From assembly GCA_947462815.1 (NCBI GenBank), contig CANHQR010000004.1:13099-77098 (forward strand): a DNA stretch of 64,000 nucleotides, given 5' to 3'. The DNA is from Pseudobdellovibrionaceae bacterium. GTDB lineage: Bacteria; Bdellovibrionota; Bdellovibrionia; Bdellovibrionales; JAMPXM01. A program made the position numbers and the translations under genes. The number at the start of each line of letters is the position of its first letter. Position 1 is the stretch's first letter. This document shows positions 29,459 to 40,312 of this stretch, in pieces. The notes below the pieces were generated by a model. It did not search any database. It was given only the letters and a program-made list of their open reading frames with translations, and was not told the origin of the DNA.

Positions 29459-31741
29459 TTACCGGGTGAGCGGTGCCAATTCTCCGCTCCTCGAAAGGTC
29501 GGGTGGCTTGCGGCCGACGACCCACAAGCGATCGCCCGACCGCAAAATCATCGACGAGTCGGGGTTCAAAATACGTTCGCCCTCGCGCTCGACGCCGACA
29601 ACCAAGGCATCGTCTTTCTCACGCAATCCACTCTCACGAATACTTCGACCAACGACGCTCGAATCCTCAAGCAAGATCACATCAAAGAGCCCATAATCCT
29701 TCGTTCCCGAAGGGCCAGAGCCGGAACCTAACTTCACATCGAGCGGAGAAGGTTGCAGCCTGGACGCAAGCTGAGCGAGCTGGTCATCTGAACCGATCAC
29801 GTAAATGCGATCGTGGGACATCAGCACCTCCTCGCGACGAGGCGCCAAAATTTGGCGTTGGCCTCGGCGAATCATCGCCACGGTCACGCCGAGCTCTTCG
29901 CGAAACTTGAACTCCGCCAAGGACTGTCCTACGACTTGCGAATCGGGATGAATTTCAAATTCGGTGAGATGCACATCCCACGGCGCCAAGATCGGCAGCT
30001 GGGCCCTTGAGCGAAGAGCCTGGAGCTCCCGTTCGCGCTCACGCTCATTGAGATGCCCCAAGAACCGATTTTCAAGCCAATCATAAATCAGCGTGAAGTT
30101 TCGAACACCCAGGAAACCCACCGACATGGCGATGAGCGCGATCACCGCGAGACTCGTCACGGCCGAAATGAACTCGGAAATGATGAAGCCGAGGAGAATC
30201 GTCGCCACGAGCACTCGGCCAATAAGCGCGAGGACTTCGCGAAACTTCAGCAGGTTGAAGTCCTGCGCGCGCGTTCGCATTTCGAGCAGCGAGTTCTGCC
30301 AATTCGCTCGACTGAGAATGATGGCCCACAAAAACGGCAGGACCAACAACACCGTGAGCGCCATAGTCGCGTAGCGAGTGATCGGATCATCGCCCCAGTT
30401 TTCCAAAAGCCACGGCAATCCGACACGCGACATCGACAGTCCGATGCCGATCACAATCACGACATGCAGGAAGATCCGCCCCAACCCATCGAAGGGACTC
30501 GCAGAAGATCCTCGAGAAACCTGCCGATCGACGTCCTGATCAAGGCGCGCCAGCACATTTGGGGGCAGTCGTCGAGCCAACCATTCATAAAGTGCGTCGG
30601 AGGATCGAATCATGTACGGCGTGGTGAAGGTCGTGATCACCGAAACCGCCACAGCAAGCGGGTACAGAAACTCGGAGGTGACCTTGAGCGAGAGGCCCAA
30701 TGTCGCGATGATGAAGGAGAACTCGCCAATTTGCGCCATGCTCATACCGGCTTGGACCGCATGCCGAAGCCGATATCCCGAAATGAGGGCTCCCAATCCT
30801 GTCGACAAGGTCTTGCCGACGATGGTCACACTCGCGAGTACAAGGATTGGCCAAGCATTCTCGGAGAGGATCTTGAGGTCCAAGAGCATTCCGACCGAGA
30901 CAAAGAAGATCGCTGCAAAAAGATCGCGAACGGGCCGGAGGACGTGCTCAATTCTCTCCCCGTCCGGAGTTTCGGCCAGGATCGAGCCCATGACAAAGGC
31001 ACCCAAAGCCGGAGAAAAACCCGAGTGCGTCGCCAACAAAACCATCGTCAAGCAAAGACCGAGCGACGCGATCAGCATGGTTTCATCATTGAGCATCGGT
31101 CGAACTTTCCGAAGAAACCAAGGCACTAATAAAATGCCGCCCAAAAACCAAAGCGTCAGAAAGAACCCAAGTCGAGTGGCCGACCAAAGCAACTGCGTGC
31201 CCTCGAAGGTTTGTGAGATCGAAATCGAGGTGAGAATCACGAGCAACAAAATCGCCGCAAGATCCTCGACGATCAGGGCACCAAAGACGAGGTCGGCAAA
31301 ACGCCGGCGCTTCATATTGAGCTCATCGAGTGCACGAACAATAATCGTCGTCGACGAAATGCTCAGCACACCACCGAGGAAGATCGAGTCCATCTCGGAC
31401 CAATCAAAGGCCCGTCCGACGAGATAGCCCACGCCGAACATGGCGAGTATTTCCGTCGTCGCCGTGACCGTCGCACCACGCCCTACGGCTGCGAGTTTTT
31501 TAAAGCTGAACTCAAGTCCCAGGCCGAAGAGAAGGACGATCACACCAATCTCTGCCCAAATTTTGATCGCATCTCGCTCTTGAATCGTCGGCAAAAAGCT
31601 GATCTCAGGACCGACTAAGACTCCCGCCAGCAGGTAACCCAGGACCACGGGTTGACCAATTCGCTTAAAGAGCAAAGTCACGATTCCCGCTGTCGCGAGA
31701 ATGATGCCGAGGTCCGAGATCAGAGGCGGGAGATGCAGCAT
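29459..31741 (-). CDS. CPA2 cation:proton antiporter with two C-terminal TrkA-C (RCK_C) domains
   Basis: 'QPVVLGYLLAG', 'GLEFS', 'SISST', 'EDL', 'LGAF..G', 'FFVSVG', 'QIGEFSF'; two RCK_C repeats. Confidence 0.92.
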   Translation of the reverse strand: MLHLPPLISDLGIILATAGIVTLLFKRIGQPVVLGYLLAGVLVGPEISFLPTIQERDAIKIWAEIGVIVLLFGLGLEFSFKKLAAVGRGATVTATTEILAMFGVGYLVGRAFDWSEMDSIFLGGVLSISSTTIIVRALDELNMKRRRFADLVFGALIVEDLAAILLLVILTSISISQTFEGTQLLWSATRLGFFLTLWFLGGILLVPWFLRKVRPMLNDETMLIASLGLCLTMVLLATHSGFSPALGAFVMGSILAETPDGERIEHVLRPVRDLFAAIFFVSVGMLLDLKILSENAWPILVLASVTIVGKTLSTGLGALISGYRLRHAVQAGMSMAQIGEFSFIIATLGLSLKVTSEFLYPLAVAVSVITTFTTPYMIRSSDALYEWLARRLPPNVLARLDQDVDRQVSRGSSASPFDGLGRIFLHVVIVIGIGLSMSRVGLPWLLENWGDDPITRYATMALTVLLVLPFLWAIILSRANWQNSLLEMRTRAQDFNLLKFREVLALIGRVLVATILLGFIISEFISAVTSLAVIALIAMSVGFLGVRNFTLIYDWLENRFLGHLNERERERELQALRSRAQLPILAPWDVHLTEFEIHPDSQVVGQSLAEFKFREELGVTVAMIRRGQRQILAPRREEVLMSHDRIYVIGSDDQLAQLASRLQPSPLDVKLGSGSGPSGTKDYGLFDVILLEDSSVVGRSIRESGLREKDDALVVGVEREGERILNPDSSMILRSGDRLWVVGRKPPDLSRSGELAPLTR

Positions 31742-31987
31742 GGTCACATTTTAACCTGAGGACAGAAGTCCTGCCTAGCCAAGTTTCCTCCTGCGTCGGA
31801 CTTTCTCCGCGAAGCCAACGCGTGAACTCAGGAGAACCCCGCCGAGCTTTACAGACCGAAGTCGGCGGTTGAGCTCTGGGCGCGCATCGCCGCGAGTCTT
31901 GTCAGATGAGGTTATCCTGAGATCTTTCAACAATGACTTCACAAATCATCCGGCGACCTCCTTTCCAAAGTTCGATAGCTTTTTTCT

Positions 31988-34900
31988 ATGTCGACCCGAC
32001 CACAGCTGAAAACTCGTTGGTATCGCCTGTATTATGCTCTAGCCGCATTTGATCTTTTGGCCATCGCGGCTTTGCTGTATTTCAATCGACAACACATCAC
32101 GGACTTTGCGGGACTCGTTGAAGAGAACCGTCAGTCCATTGAAGTTCTTCATGATCTCAATCACAGTACAGCGCTGATTTCCGACGCGGAACTCATCGCG
32201 AGCCAAATTGCGCAATTGACCGGGTCCCCCGAGACCTCACAGCGAGAAACTGCGATCGCTGAATTGAATGAAGCTGAAGTTCGACTCACCGAGCACCTCC
32301 AGTCTCTGCAAGAAGAACTTCGCCGATGGCCCGATCTTTCACGTGACGATCTCGCGCGACTGGACGTGGCCGAAAGGGCCATTACGGAGGCCCGGGCCGC
32401 CAGTCAGTTGGTCATCGCTGCGCGAACCGAGCCTGCGGCTGAACGATCTCTTCGCGTCATGGATGCAAACAACAAACGCGCCCGGAACGAGCTCAACAAA
32501 ATTCGCGTCGAGCTCACGGATCGCCACCAACGTCTCTTTGAAGACTTCAAGGTCCAACTCGAAGAATCACAAACCTTAGTTGAGCTATTCGTCGGACTGA
32601 TTTTGATTATTCTCATCACCATCGTCATCTACGGGCGGAAGTTGAACCGAGTTTTTAATAGTCAGTTTGAGCGCGAAGTCGAACAAATGGAGGAGAACAA
32701 CAAACTCATTGACGCCCTCCGAACGACCAACGCCCGCCTTGATTTCGTGGTCGAGGGCGCGGGACTTGGAACTTGGGACTGGTGGCTCAACAGTAACGAC
32801 GTCACCTTCGATCGACGTTGGTGCGAAATGATTGGGCTCAAGTGGGAGGACACACCTCAAGTCTACTCGACGTGGATGCGCCGGGTTCACCCCGACGACT
32901 TTCAGGTCGCCGAACGCGCGATTCGTCGTCACGTCAATGGCGAAGATGCCTATTACGAGAACATTCATCGGATGCGCCACGCCGATGGCTCATGGGTTTG
33001 GATCTTAGCGAGAGGACGAGTGAGCGAACGCGACGTCGAAGGGCGCCCCATTCGGTTCTCCGGCACGCATTTGAACATCACGGAGTATAAAGAGTCCGAG
33101 CTCCTGTCGCTTGAGATTCAACGCCTGGCTAAAATCGGCGGCTGGGAACTCGACCTCCAATCGCAAAGGGTTTCATGGACGGAGGAGTCGTATCGCATTC
33201 ATCGGCTTCCGATTGGCGAGCCTCTCGATCTCGAAAAGGCCAAGAGTTTTTTTGACTCTCACGACCTTCCCCGACTGCAAAGGTGTTTGGACAAAGCCAA
33301 GGCCGGCGAGCGCTACTCAGAGACCTTCAGGATCACGGATCGTCTCGGACAAATCCGATGGGTCGAGGCCACGGGAGAGCCTGTTCACGGTATCGATGGG
33401 CAAGTCGTTCGGCTCCGAGGCACACTTCAAGATGTCACGGAACGCCACGAAGCCTCCATGCAGTTACAAAGGCGCGAGGCCTACATCAATGCCCTCTTTT
33501 CTCAGTCTCGAGATCCGATGATGACCTTGAATCCGCCGGACTGGCGCTTCACGAGTGCCAACCAAGCCGCACTCGATCTGTTCGGCGCCAAGGATCCCCA
33601 TGATTTTGTTGGTCGAGGTCCCTGGGATGTCTCGCCCGAGCGCCAACCCAACAATCAACTGTCCAGCGAGGCGGCCGCGCAAAGGATCCAAGACGCCATG
33701 CGATCTGGCCGTGCGTTCTTCGAGTGGACGCATCAAACCCTCGATGGCGTCGAAGTTCCCTGTACTGTTCTGCTGAGCCGCGTGTCCCATGGCGATCAGA
33801 GCTTTCTTCAAGCGACGGTGCGCGACATCTCGGAGCAGAAGGCCGCCGAACTCGCTCTGCTCCGTAAGACTCGAGAGCTTGACCAGTTTTTTGCGATCTC
33901 CATCGACATGCTGTGCATCTCCGATCTCGAAGGGCGCTTTCGGCGCGTGAACCCCGCTTTTTCAGAAGTCCTCGGCTACAGTGAAGCCGAGCTGACCTCA
34001 CAAAGCTTTCTCAACTTCATTCACCCCGATGATCTCGAACAAACACGTCAAGAAATGGCAGCTCTTGTGGACGGTCGGCCGACACTTCATTTTGAAAACC
34101 GTTACCGCTGCAAGGACGGTCGATATCGGATTATCTCCTGGACGGCGACACCCGACCGAGCCGCTGGAGTGGTGTACGCGGCAGCCCGCGACGTTACCTT
34201 GGATCGGACGCGGGAAAATGAAATGCGCGAGGTGATGCGCGCCATTGAGCAAAGTGCGATTGTGTCGACACTGGATCGCGAAGGCCGCCTGCTCACCGTG
34301 AATGATGAGTACTGTCGGATTACCGGCCTGCAACGTGAAGAACTTATTGGACTCCCCGCGCAGGTTTCCAAAACGGGATTCGAGTCGAAAGAAAAGTTTG
34401 CGGAAATTTGGCCATTGGTCAATTCGGGGAAGACCTGGACTGGAGAGCTTCATCATCGTTCAGCGGATGGGCGTACGGCCATCGTCAAGGCCGTCGTTGC
34501 CCCTGTTCATAATGCCTCCGAAGAAATTGATCGCTTTATCTCCATTCGCTTTGATCTCACTGAACAGCGGCGACTTCAACGTCAGCTGGAAGAAGCTCAG
34601 CGCGTCGCTCGGATTGGCAATTGGACCTACGATCTCGATACCGGACGCTTCGAGTGGTCACCGCAACTTTTTGAGATCTTGATGGCCAGCGCGGGCCTCG
34701 ATCTCATGAAGATTGATGCCATCAGTTCAAGATTGCATTTCGAAGATCGTGAGGCGTGGCAATCCGCATTCGATAAGTGCCGGCGCCTAGGGGTTTCTTT
34801 CCGAATTCGCTCTCGTCTGCGGACCGAATCAACCGACTCAAACAACTCCAAACCTCGCACGCGATGGCTTGAGACGATCGGTCAGAGCGTGAAAACCGAT

Positions 34901-35752
34901 GAGACCGAGATCAACGCCGTCACCGGCACCTGTCAGGACATTACGGAAAAAGTCGAGGCTGAGATCGCCCTCGAAGAACAAAGAATCATGACCATTCACA
35001 CCGCAAAGCTCGCCTCTTTGGGGGAAATGTCGGCCGGCGTCGCCCATGAAATCAATAACCCGCTGGCGATTATCAACGGCAATCTCGGGTTACTCAACAA
35101 ACATCGACTGGACGAAACGCGCTTTAAAGAAAAAGTGGCCACACTTCAGCGTGCCGTGACCCGCATCGCGAAGATCGTCAATGGCCTACGTAAGTTTGCG
35201 CGGAGTACAGATGGACAGACTCTGGTCTCAACGTCCTTGCTGCAGATCGTACGCGACGCCATTGTGATTACGGAAACAAAGTCGAAGCGACACGGAACCA
35301 GTGTCGAACTTGAGATTTCACCAGAGTCGAACGAAGCGGATTTTATATTGTCTTGCGATCCGATTGAGATCGAGCAGGTCGTGATCAATCTGGTGAATAA
35401 CGCCATCGACGCCGTCAAGAACAACGAAGCTGGGAAGCAAAGATGGGTCAAGGTGACGATCGAGGCTTCCCACCTCAAGTCACCAGATCCGGAAGGCGAA
35501 GTTGTGCTCAGGATCAAGGACTCAGGTCTCGGTCTTTCAGCTGAGGCGGAGGCGAAAATGTTCGAACCCTTCTTCACAACCAAGCCGATTGGTGAGGGAA
35601 CGGGACTCGGACTTTCAATCTCGAGGGGTATTATCGATCGACATCACGGGCAATTGCTTCTCAATAAGAGTTTCGCTCACACCTGTTTTGAGGTTCGACT
35701 TCCACGCGACTTCGGCGACTCGAGTCGGCCTGATTCACCTCGGGAAATTTAA
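31988..35752 (+). CDS. membrane-bound multi-PAS sensor histidine kinase
   Basis: Two TM segments around a helical periplasmic domain, about six PAS/PAC repeats ('VHPDD', 'IHPDD'), H-box 'AHEINNPL', N box, '[16 protein letters not shown]'. Confidence 0.95.
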   Translation: MSTRPQLKTRWYRLYYALAAFDLLAIAALLYFNRQHITDFAGLVEENRQSIEVLHDLNHSTALISDAELIASQIAQLTGSPETSQRETAIAELNEAEVRLTEHLQSLQEELRRWPDLSRDDLARLDVAERAITEARAASQLVIAARTEPAAERSLRVMDANNKRARNELNKIRVELTDRHQRLFEDFKVQLEESQTLVELFVGLILIILITIVIYGRKLNRVFNSQFEREVEQMEENNKLIDALRTTNARLDFVVEGAGLGTWDWWLNSNDVTFDRRWCEMIGLKWEDTPQVYSTWMRRVHPDDFQVAERAIRRHVNGEDAYYENIHRMRHADGSWVWILARGRVSERDVEGRPIRFSGTHLNITEYKESELLSLEIQRLAKIGGWELDLQSQRVSWTEESYRIHRLPIGEPLDLEKAKSFFDSHDLPRLQRCLDKAKAGERYSETFRITDRLGQIRWVEATGEPVHGIDGQVVRLRGTLQDVTERHEASMQLQRREAYINALFSQSRDPMMTLNPPDWRFTSANQAALDLFGAKDPHDFVGRGPWDVSPERQPNNQLSSEAAAQRIQDAMRSGRAFFEWTHQTLDGVEVPCTVLLSRVSHGDQSFLQATVRDISEQKAAELALLRKTRELDQFFAISIDMLCISDLEGRFRRVNPAFSEVLGYSEAELTSQSFLNFIHPDDLEQTRQEMAALVDGRPTLHFENRYRCKDGRYRIISWTATPDRAAGVVYAAARDVTLDRTRENEMREVMRAIEQSAIVSTLDREGRLLTVNDEYCRITGLQREELIGLPAQVSKTGFESKEKFAEIWPLVNSGKTWTGELHHRSADGRTAIVKAVVAPVHNASEEIDRFISIRFDLTEQRRLQRQLEEAQRVARIGNWTYDLDTGRFEWSPQLFEILMASAGLDLMKIDAISSRLHFEDREAWQSAFDKCRRLGVSFRIRSRLRTESTDSNNSKPRTRWLETIGQSVKTDETEINAVTGTCQDITEKVEAEIALEEQRIMTIHTAKLASLGEMSAGVAHEINNPLAIINGNLGLLNKHRLDETRFKEKVATLQRAVTRIAKIVNGLRKFARSTDGQTLVSTSLLQIVRDAIVITETKSKRHGTSVELEISPESNEADFILSCDPIEIEQVVINLVNNAIDAVKNNEAGKQRWVKVTIEASHLKSPDPEGEVVLRIKDSGLGLSAEAEAKMFEPFFTTKPIGEGTGLGLSISRGIIDRHHGQLLLNKSFAHTCFEVRLPRDFGDSSRPDSPREI

Positions 35753-35761
35753 GGAGGCCTG

Positions 35762-36154
35762 ATGAAGTACGTCATCTTCTACATCGATGATGAAGCCGAT
35801 CTTCTTGAAATCTTTGTCGAGTCGTATGCTAGTGAAGACTTCGATGTGCGCATCTTCACGGATCCACAACAATTGCTGGCAGCCCTCGACGATAGAACGT
35901 CAAATCAGATATTGCCAGATCTGATCTTAATTGATTTTCGCCTCCCAGGAACAAACGGCGATCAATTGGCTCAAGAGATTGATCGAAAGCTCAACGCCAC
36001 GGTTCCCAAGGTCCTCATCACAGGGGATCTTCGCATCGCCTCCACGGCTCGGTTCATCAAGGTTTTTTCAAAGCCCTATGACCCCGAAGACATGCAGCGC
36101 TTCCTGGATTCCGGTGAATGGCGGCGATCCAGGAGCACTGCGGAGCCACGCTGA
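35762..36154 (+). CDS. single-domain response regulator
   Basis: 'YIDDE', phosphoacceptor in 'LIDFRLP', 'ITG', 'KP'. Confidence 0.9.
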   Translation: MKYVIFYIDDEADLLEIFVESYASEDFDVRIFTDPQQLLAALDDRTSNQILPDLILIDFRLPGTNGDQLAQEIDRKLNATVPKVLITGDLRIASTARFIKVFSKPYDPEDMQRFLDSGEWRRSRSTAEPR

Positions 36155-36156
36155 AC

Positions 36157-36825
36157 TCAAACTCGCGAAGCCACTTTCGAGATTTTCAAATCAAAAACAC
36201 CCACAGGCTCACGACCCGCCGCCGGAACTTGAAACTTCACGATGGACTCTTGCTGATCCTGAGGCGAGAGAGACTGTAGAATTCGGTCGTCGGCATTGAG
36301 TCCCTCACCCGCAAAGTACATTTGCGTCACCAATTCATGATACCCGCGCTTCATCACCCGAAAATGAATGTGAGGCGGCCTCACCCAATCGCGATCGGCC
36401 GGATAGGCGCCGGGGCGAATCGTTTTAAAAGCATATCGACCCTGAGCATCCGTGATCGCTCGACCCCAATATTGAAAATGGGGATCTAACGGAGCGGTGT
36501 TGGGGTCGTTCGGATGATTGTAGCGGCCTGAGGCACAAGCCTGCCAAATCTCCACGAGGGCTCCATCAACAATGACACAATTCTGATCACGAACCGTGCC
36601 CATGACCCAAACCACCTCACCCTGAGCTCGTACGGCAGAGCCCGCCAAAGTGGTGAGGTCGGTGTCTTTGTCCGCTTGATTGATGATGGGATAGAAGGGA
36701 CCACGTGGCTGAGACGCGGTGATGGAACAAACCTGTGCCGCCGAAGCCTCCATGGCGCGCCAGCCGCCAAGTGCCGTCAGGACCAGACCCGATGACTTCA
36801 AAAATCCACGTCGCGACTTCATCAC
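36157..36825 (-). CDS. Tat-exported intradiol ring-cleavage dioxygenase (protocatechuate 3,4-dioxygenase family)
   Basis: Tat motif SRRGFLK; 'GPFYP', 'VEIWQA...GRY', 'RPGAYP', 'RPPHIHF' supply two Tyr and two His iron ligands; 'TQMYF'. Confidence 0.9.
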   Translation of the reverse strand: MMKSRRGFLKSSGLVLTALGGWRAMEASAAQVCSITASQPRGPFYPIINQADKDTDLTTLAGSAVRAQGEVVWVMGTVRDQNCVIVDGALVEIWQACASGRYNHPNDPNTAPLDPHFQYWGRAITDAQGRYAFKTIRPGAYPADRDWVRPPHIHFRVMKRGYHELVTQMYFAGEGLNADDRILQSLSPQDQQESIVKFQVPAAGREPVGVFDLKISKVASRV

Positions 36826-37454
36826 TCACCTCCACGAGCCGTATGTTCAGACTTCTCACTGCCAACGACACCGCCAGCGCCGGATCGAACACAGTCTGCA
36901 TAGCTTCGCTCTCCGAGATCCGCCCAGCGCTCATGAGTTAAGCTCTGACCGCGAATCACGGTGTTCACTGTTTCTCGCAAGCCCACCTGACACTTTTGTT
37001 GTTGATGATCGACCGTTTCCACCCGCTCGGCGAGAACCTCGACATCAATGCTCTCCACGCCATCGCGGCCTTGCAAAATGAGCTCAGGCCCCACAAGACC
37101 GCTTGCATCACAGATCTGACCGGTGGTGACACAAGGCGCTCCAGCGCCTGTGTTCTGATGATCCAAGAGCGTGATCTCGGCGAGTTCAGGAATCAGAACC
37201 TTGAGCATGGGCATGGAATAATCCGCGCGGGAGCACAAGACGCTTTTCTCATTGAGTTCGACTCGGACGCTCTTACGGCTTCGATGAACTTCGATCGTTC
37301 GATTCTCGAAGTTCGCCAAAGGTGACGCGGCGATGTCGGGGCCGTACCAACCTACCAGAACCGCCAAGGCCGCGAGAGTTCTGCTCGAACCGACTTTTAT
37401 AAGACTTTGTACCTTTTCCTGCCTGAGTCTGCTGACTGGGACTTGATTGGGCAT
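36822..37454 (-). CDS. secreted Cys-containing hypothetical protein
   Basis: RBS ggagg, hydrophobic signal, several Cys, 'LDHQN.GAGAPC'; overlaps the dioxygenase start. Confidence 0.7.
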   Translation of the reverse strand: MPNQVPVSRLRQEKVQSLIKVGSSRTLAALAVLVGWYGPDIAASPLANFENRTIEVHRSRKSVRVELNEKSVLCSRADYSMPMLKVLIPELAEITLLDHQNTGAGAPCVTTGQICDASGLVGPELILQGRDGVESIDVEVLAERVETVDHQQQKCQVGLRETVNTVIRGQSLTHERWADLGERSYADCVRSGAGGVVGSEKSEHTARGGE

Positions 37455-37550
37455 ATCGCACCTCCGACGATCGGTTTAGAGCGGCCCGCGTGATAAAAGA
37501 ACTGAATCTTGTTTACTTTTGCTATTCAAATTATTTATCACATTTCCATC

Positions 37551-38402
37551 ATGCTCTCACCTCAAGACGTCACCTACTTCCTTGCGATGGCTCAGCATCT
37601 CTCCCTGCGGGCAGCAGCCGCAGAACTGCACATCACTCAGCCCGCCTTGAGTCATTCACTCAAGCGCCTCGAGACTCAGCTCGATTCGCAGCTCTTCGAG
37701 CGCACCGCCAAAGGTCTTCGCCTGACGCCGGCCGGGCAACGCCTCCAAAGCGAGAGCCAGAGCCTGCTGCCGCAATGGCAGAGCTTAAGTCAGAAGTCAT
37801 CATCACAGCTCGGCCGCCTTCGCGTCGGCATGCACGCCTCTGTCGCCACCTATATGGCGCCCACCCTGCTTCGACATTTCATGGAAAAGGACCTGACTCT
37901 CGGGATGGAGCTCGTGCACTCGCTGTCTCGGGATCTCGTTCGCCAGGTCCTTGAAGGTGAATTGGATCTCGCTCTGGCGATGAACCCCTCTGAGCATCCC
38001 TCATTGGTGATTCGCGAGATTCTTGATGATCATGTCGAAGTTTATGCAGCGGCTCGCCGAACCTTTGTGGCGGAACATCTTATCTACGACCCCGCGCTGG
38101 CTCAATCACAGTGGATCCTTAAATCTCTCCGCCGCGCCGGGCATGAGTTTAGAACTCACACTCACTCAGGAAGCCTCGAAGTGATTCGCGCCATCGCCGA
38201 AGAGGGAATGGGTGCCGCCATCCTCCCCGCACGCGTTGCGGCGCTTTCGCGCAAGCCACTTCGCCCCTTACTCAAAAGCGGTCCCCGGTATCGAGATCGA
38301 CTTTGCATCGTCACGCGACCGCACTTTGCACAACACGAACCGGGGCAGACTTGGCTGAAGAGCCTTCGCGAACTCGCTCGCACAGAGTTCAGCGAGCCCT
38401 AA
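37551..38402 (+). CDS. LysR family transcriptional regulator
   Basis: HTH 'AAAELHITQPALSHSLKRLE..L...LFER...LTPAG'; divergent from the dioxygenase operon. Confidence 0.93.
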   Translation: MLSPQDVTYFLAMAQHLSLRAAAAELHITQPALSHSLKRLETQLDSQLFERTAKGLRLTPAGQRLQSESQSLLPQWQSLSQKSSSQLGRLRVGMHASVATYMAPTLLRHFMEKDLTLGMELVHSLSRDLVRQVLEGELDLALAMNPSEHPSLVIREILDDHVEVYAAARRTFVAEHLIYDPALAQSQWILKSLRRAGHEFRTHTHSGSLEVIRAIAEEGMGAAILPARVAALSRKPLRPLLKSGPRYRDRLCIVTRPHFAQHEPGQTWLKSLRELARTEFSEP

Positions 38403-38524
38403 CGGATTCTCAAGACTTGAGATCTGGACCAAGTGGCCGTCGGAATTTTATTGGACGCTTGCGAGGTGTCGTCTTAGATTGAAGGCACCAACGTTCCCGT
38501 CTCGGAATTTATCAAGAGGAGCTT

Positions 38525-40312
38525 GTGCCGGATTCACTTCCTCCCTCGAGCGAAGCGCACGTCGAGTCCTCTCGGTTCGCTCGATCGAGCCGTGTGTTGC
38601 GCCTTCTGATCATGTCCATCGTGTTGACCGAGTTGGCATTGCAAGGCGCTGCCGCCGTCGCGCAATTCTTGATGACTTTTTCAATTCGCGCACAGACTCC
38701 ATCCTCACTCAGTGACTCCGAGGCTTTCCAAACCCGCGTACTCTGTGTTGGCCACTCACTCACGCTTGGTGCCGAGTCCCCCGCTCTCCTGACTTACCCC
38801 GCGCAACTTGAAACTCGTTTGCAGACTCGGTCGCAAGCTCAAGGTCAACGGGTGCAAGCTCAAGGTCAACGGGCTCAAGTCATCAACGCGGGAAAACCCG
38901 GGTGGCCAACTCGACGTCATCTCTCAACGCTGCCTGATCTACTCAGCCATCATCGACCTCATGTGCTTGTTCTTTGGAGCGGCGATCATGATTTTGAAGC
39001 CGACACGCTTCGCGAGCCCGCGCCCTGGATGACTCATCTGACCCAACACATCAAGCTCCTGCAGCTCGGAAACTGGGTGTGGCAAAGCCTTCGGCTGCGA
39101 GAGTTCAATCAGCCGGATCCTCAGCTCAATTCTCTGGACAATTCTTTGGCCAATGCTCGGGGCGAAACTCGCTACGCCGATCTTTTGCCCAATTCGGACG
39201 AGAAGCTTGTCTCCCTGATCGCTTCGCGCGTGGACCCCCTCGTCGACGCCATTCGAGCGACGCCAGGACCTGCGGGAACTTCGCTTCGGGATCTTGCGCT
39301 CCGCACGCAAGCGAAGGATCGGCCCCGCGGCCTGCACCCTCGACATTGGGCGCTCACGCGCGCCCATCTGCACATCACCGAGGCGGCCGACTTCCAAGCG
39401 GCTCTGCGTATTCTTCAGGAATGGGCCGAACAGAATACCGAGCCGGCACTTTCCCACTTGCTCTTCGCCCAACAGATGCGCGATTTGGAGCCGCAAGTCC
39501 ATGCCTGGTTCAAACTCCAAGAGCTCCACCTGCTGCGCTTGCAGGCTTTACCCGAATTCAGGTCCCAGCCAGATCTCATCCGCCGCGTTCAGCATCTCCG
39601 AGAAGTTCAGCTCGCCCAGTTGAGCTCCAGCGAGACACAAAGTCTTTTTGAAATCGCTCCCGAACTTCCGTCTTTGGCCTGGGAAGTGATCGTTCGCCAA
39701 CTCACGTCTCCCTCTTCTCGGGAAGCCAGTTTAGTTCTTCTCCGAAAACACATGATGGCGTTAAGCGATTCTCCCGTTCTCGGGCAGAGCCTTCTTGGAC
39801 TCCGCTACCATACAACTTTGAAACCCGATGAGCTTCGCGCTGCGTGGGAGCGCCTGCCGCCCCTGATCGATGGCGCAATTCAAAATGAACTTCAGCAGAG
39901 ATTTGAAGCGGCCTTGGAGGTTTCGGCTCCGGATCAAATGCGAACTTCACTTCGTGAGGTCTTCGGCGAGATCAAGAAACTCGCCGAAACTTCAGGTGTT
40001 CAACGCATTCTGGTATTGGGCTATCATCCGGTTCGCGCTCCCAGAAGCTCGGTGTTCTACAAATACCGCCAAACTCTCAATCAAAATCTCGAAGGCGTCG
40101 CACGCGAGCTCGACCTCGAATTTGTGTCGCTCGAGCGCGCCTTCGTCGCTCGTTACGGAAACGGACGCGACAGCCTTGAGGCACTGAACTCACTTCATCA
40201 TCAACCCGACCAACTTTGGGATTCGCACTTGAACGCGGCCGGCAATGAGTTCGTCGCAAGAGCCGTCGATGAGGCTCTCAGCCGTCCGCCCGCTTTGGAG
40301 TCCTCGCCTTAA
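38525..40312 (+). CDS. membrane-anchored SGNH-hydrolase-like protein with a large helical insertion
   Basis: TM anchor; 'CVGHSLT.G' (block I), 'INAGKPG', 'SGDHD', and C-terminal 'DSHLNAAGN' (block V) about 400 aa later. Confidence 0.7.
   Translation: MPDSLPPSSEAHVESSRFARSSRVLRLLIMSIVLTELALQGAAAVAQFLMTFSIRAQTPSSLSDSEAFQTRVLCVGHSLTLGAESPALLTYPAQLETRLQTRSQAQGQRVQAQGQRAQVINAGKPGWPTRRHLSTLPDLLSHHRPHVLVLWSGDHDFEADTLREPAPWMTHLTQHIKLLQLGNWVWQSLRLREFNQPDPQLNSLDNSLANARGETRYADLLPNSDEKLVSLIASRVDPLVDAIRATPGPAGTSLRDLALRTQAKDRPRGLHPRHWALTRAHLHITEAADFQAALRILQEWAEQNTEPALSHLLFAQQMRDLEPQVHAWFKLQELHLLRLQALPEFRSQPDLIRRVQHLREVQLAQLSSSETQSLFEIAPELPSLAWEVIVRQLTSPSSREASLVLLRKHMMALSDSPVLGQSLLGLRYHTTLKPDELRAAWERLPPLIDGAIQNELQQRFEAALEVSAPDQMRTSLREVFGEIKKLAETSGVQRILVLGYHPVRAPRSSVFYKYRQTLNQNLEGVARELDLEFVSLERAFVARYGNGRDSLEALNSLHHQPDQLWDSHLNAAGNEFVARAVDEALSRPPALESSP
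38833..38874. repeat. 21-bp in-frame tandem duplication (QAQGQRV/QAQGQRA)
   Basis: gcaagctcaaggtcaacgggt followed by gcaagctcaaggtcaacgggc. Confidence 0.9.

Noticed and set aside
30053-31427. long + strand ORFs (358 and 271 aa)
   Set aside because: Antisense shadows of the CPA2 antiporter, with no recognisable motifs.
31836-31870. hairpin ccgccga...tcggcgg between the antiporter and the kinase
   Set aside because: Single copy in the window and no recognisable riboswitch or REP consensus.
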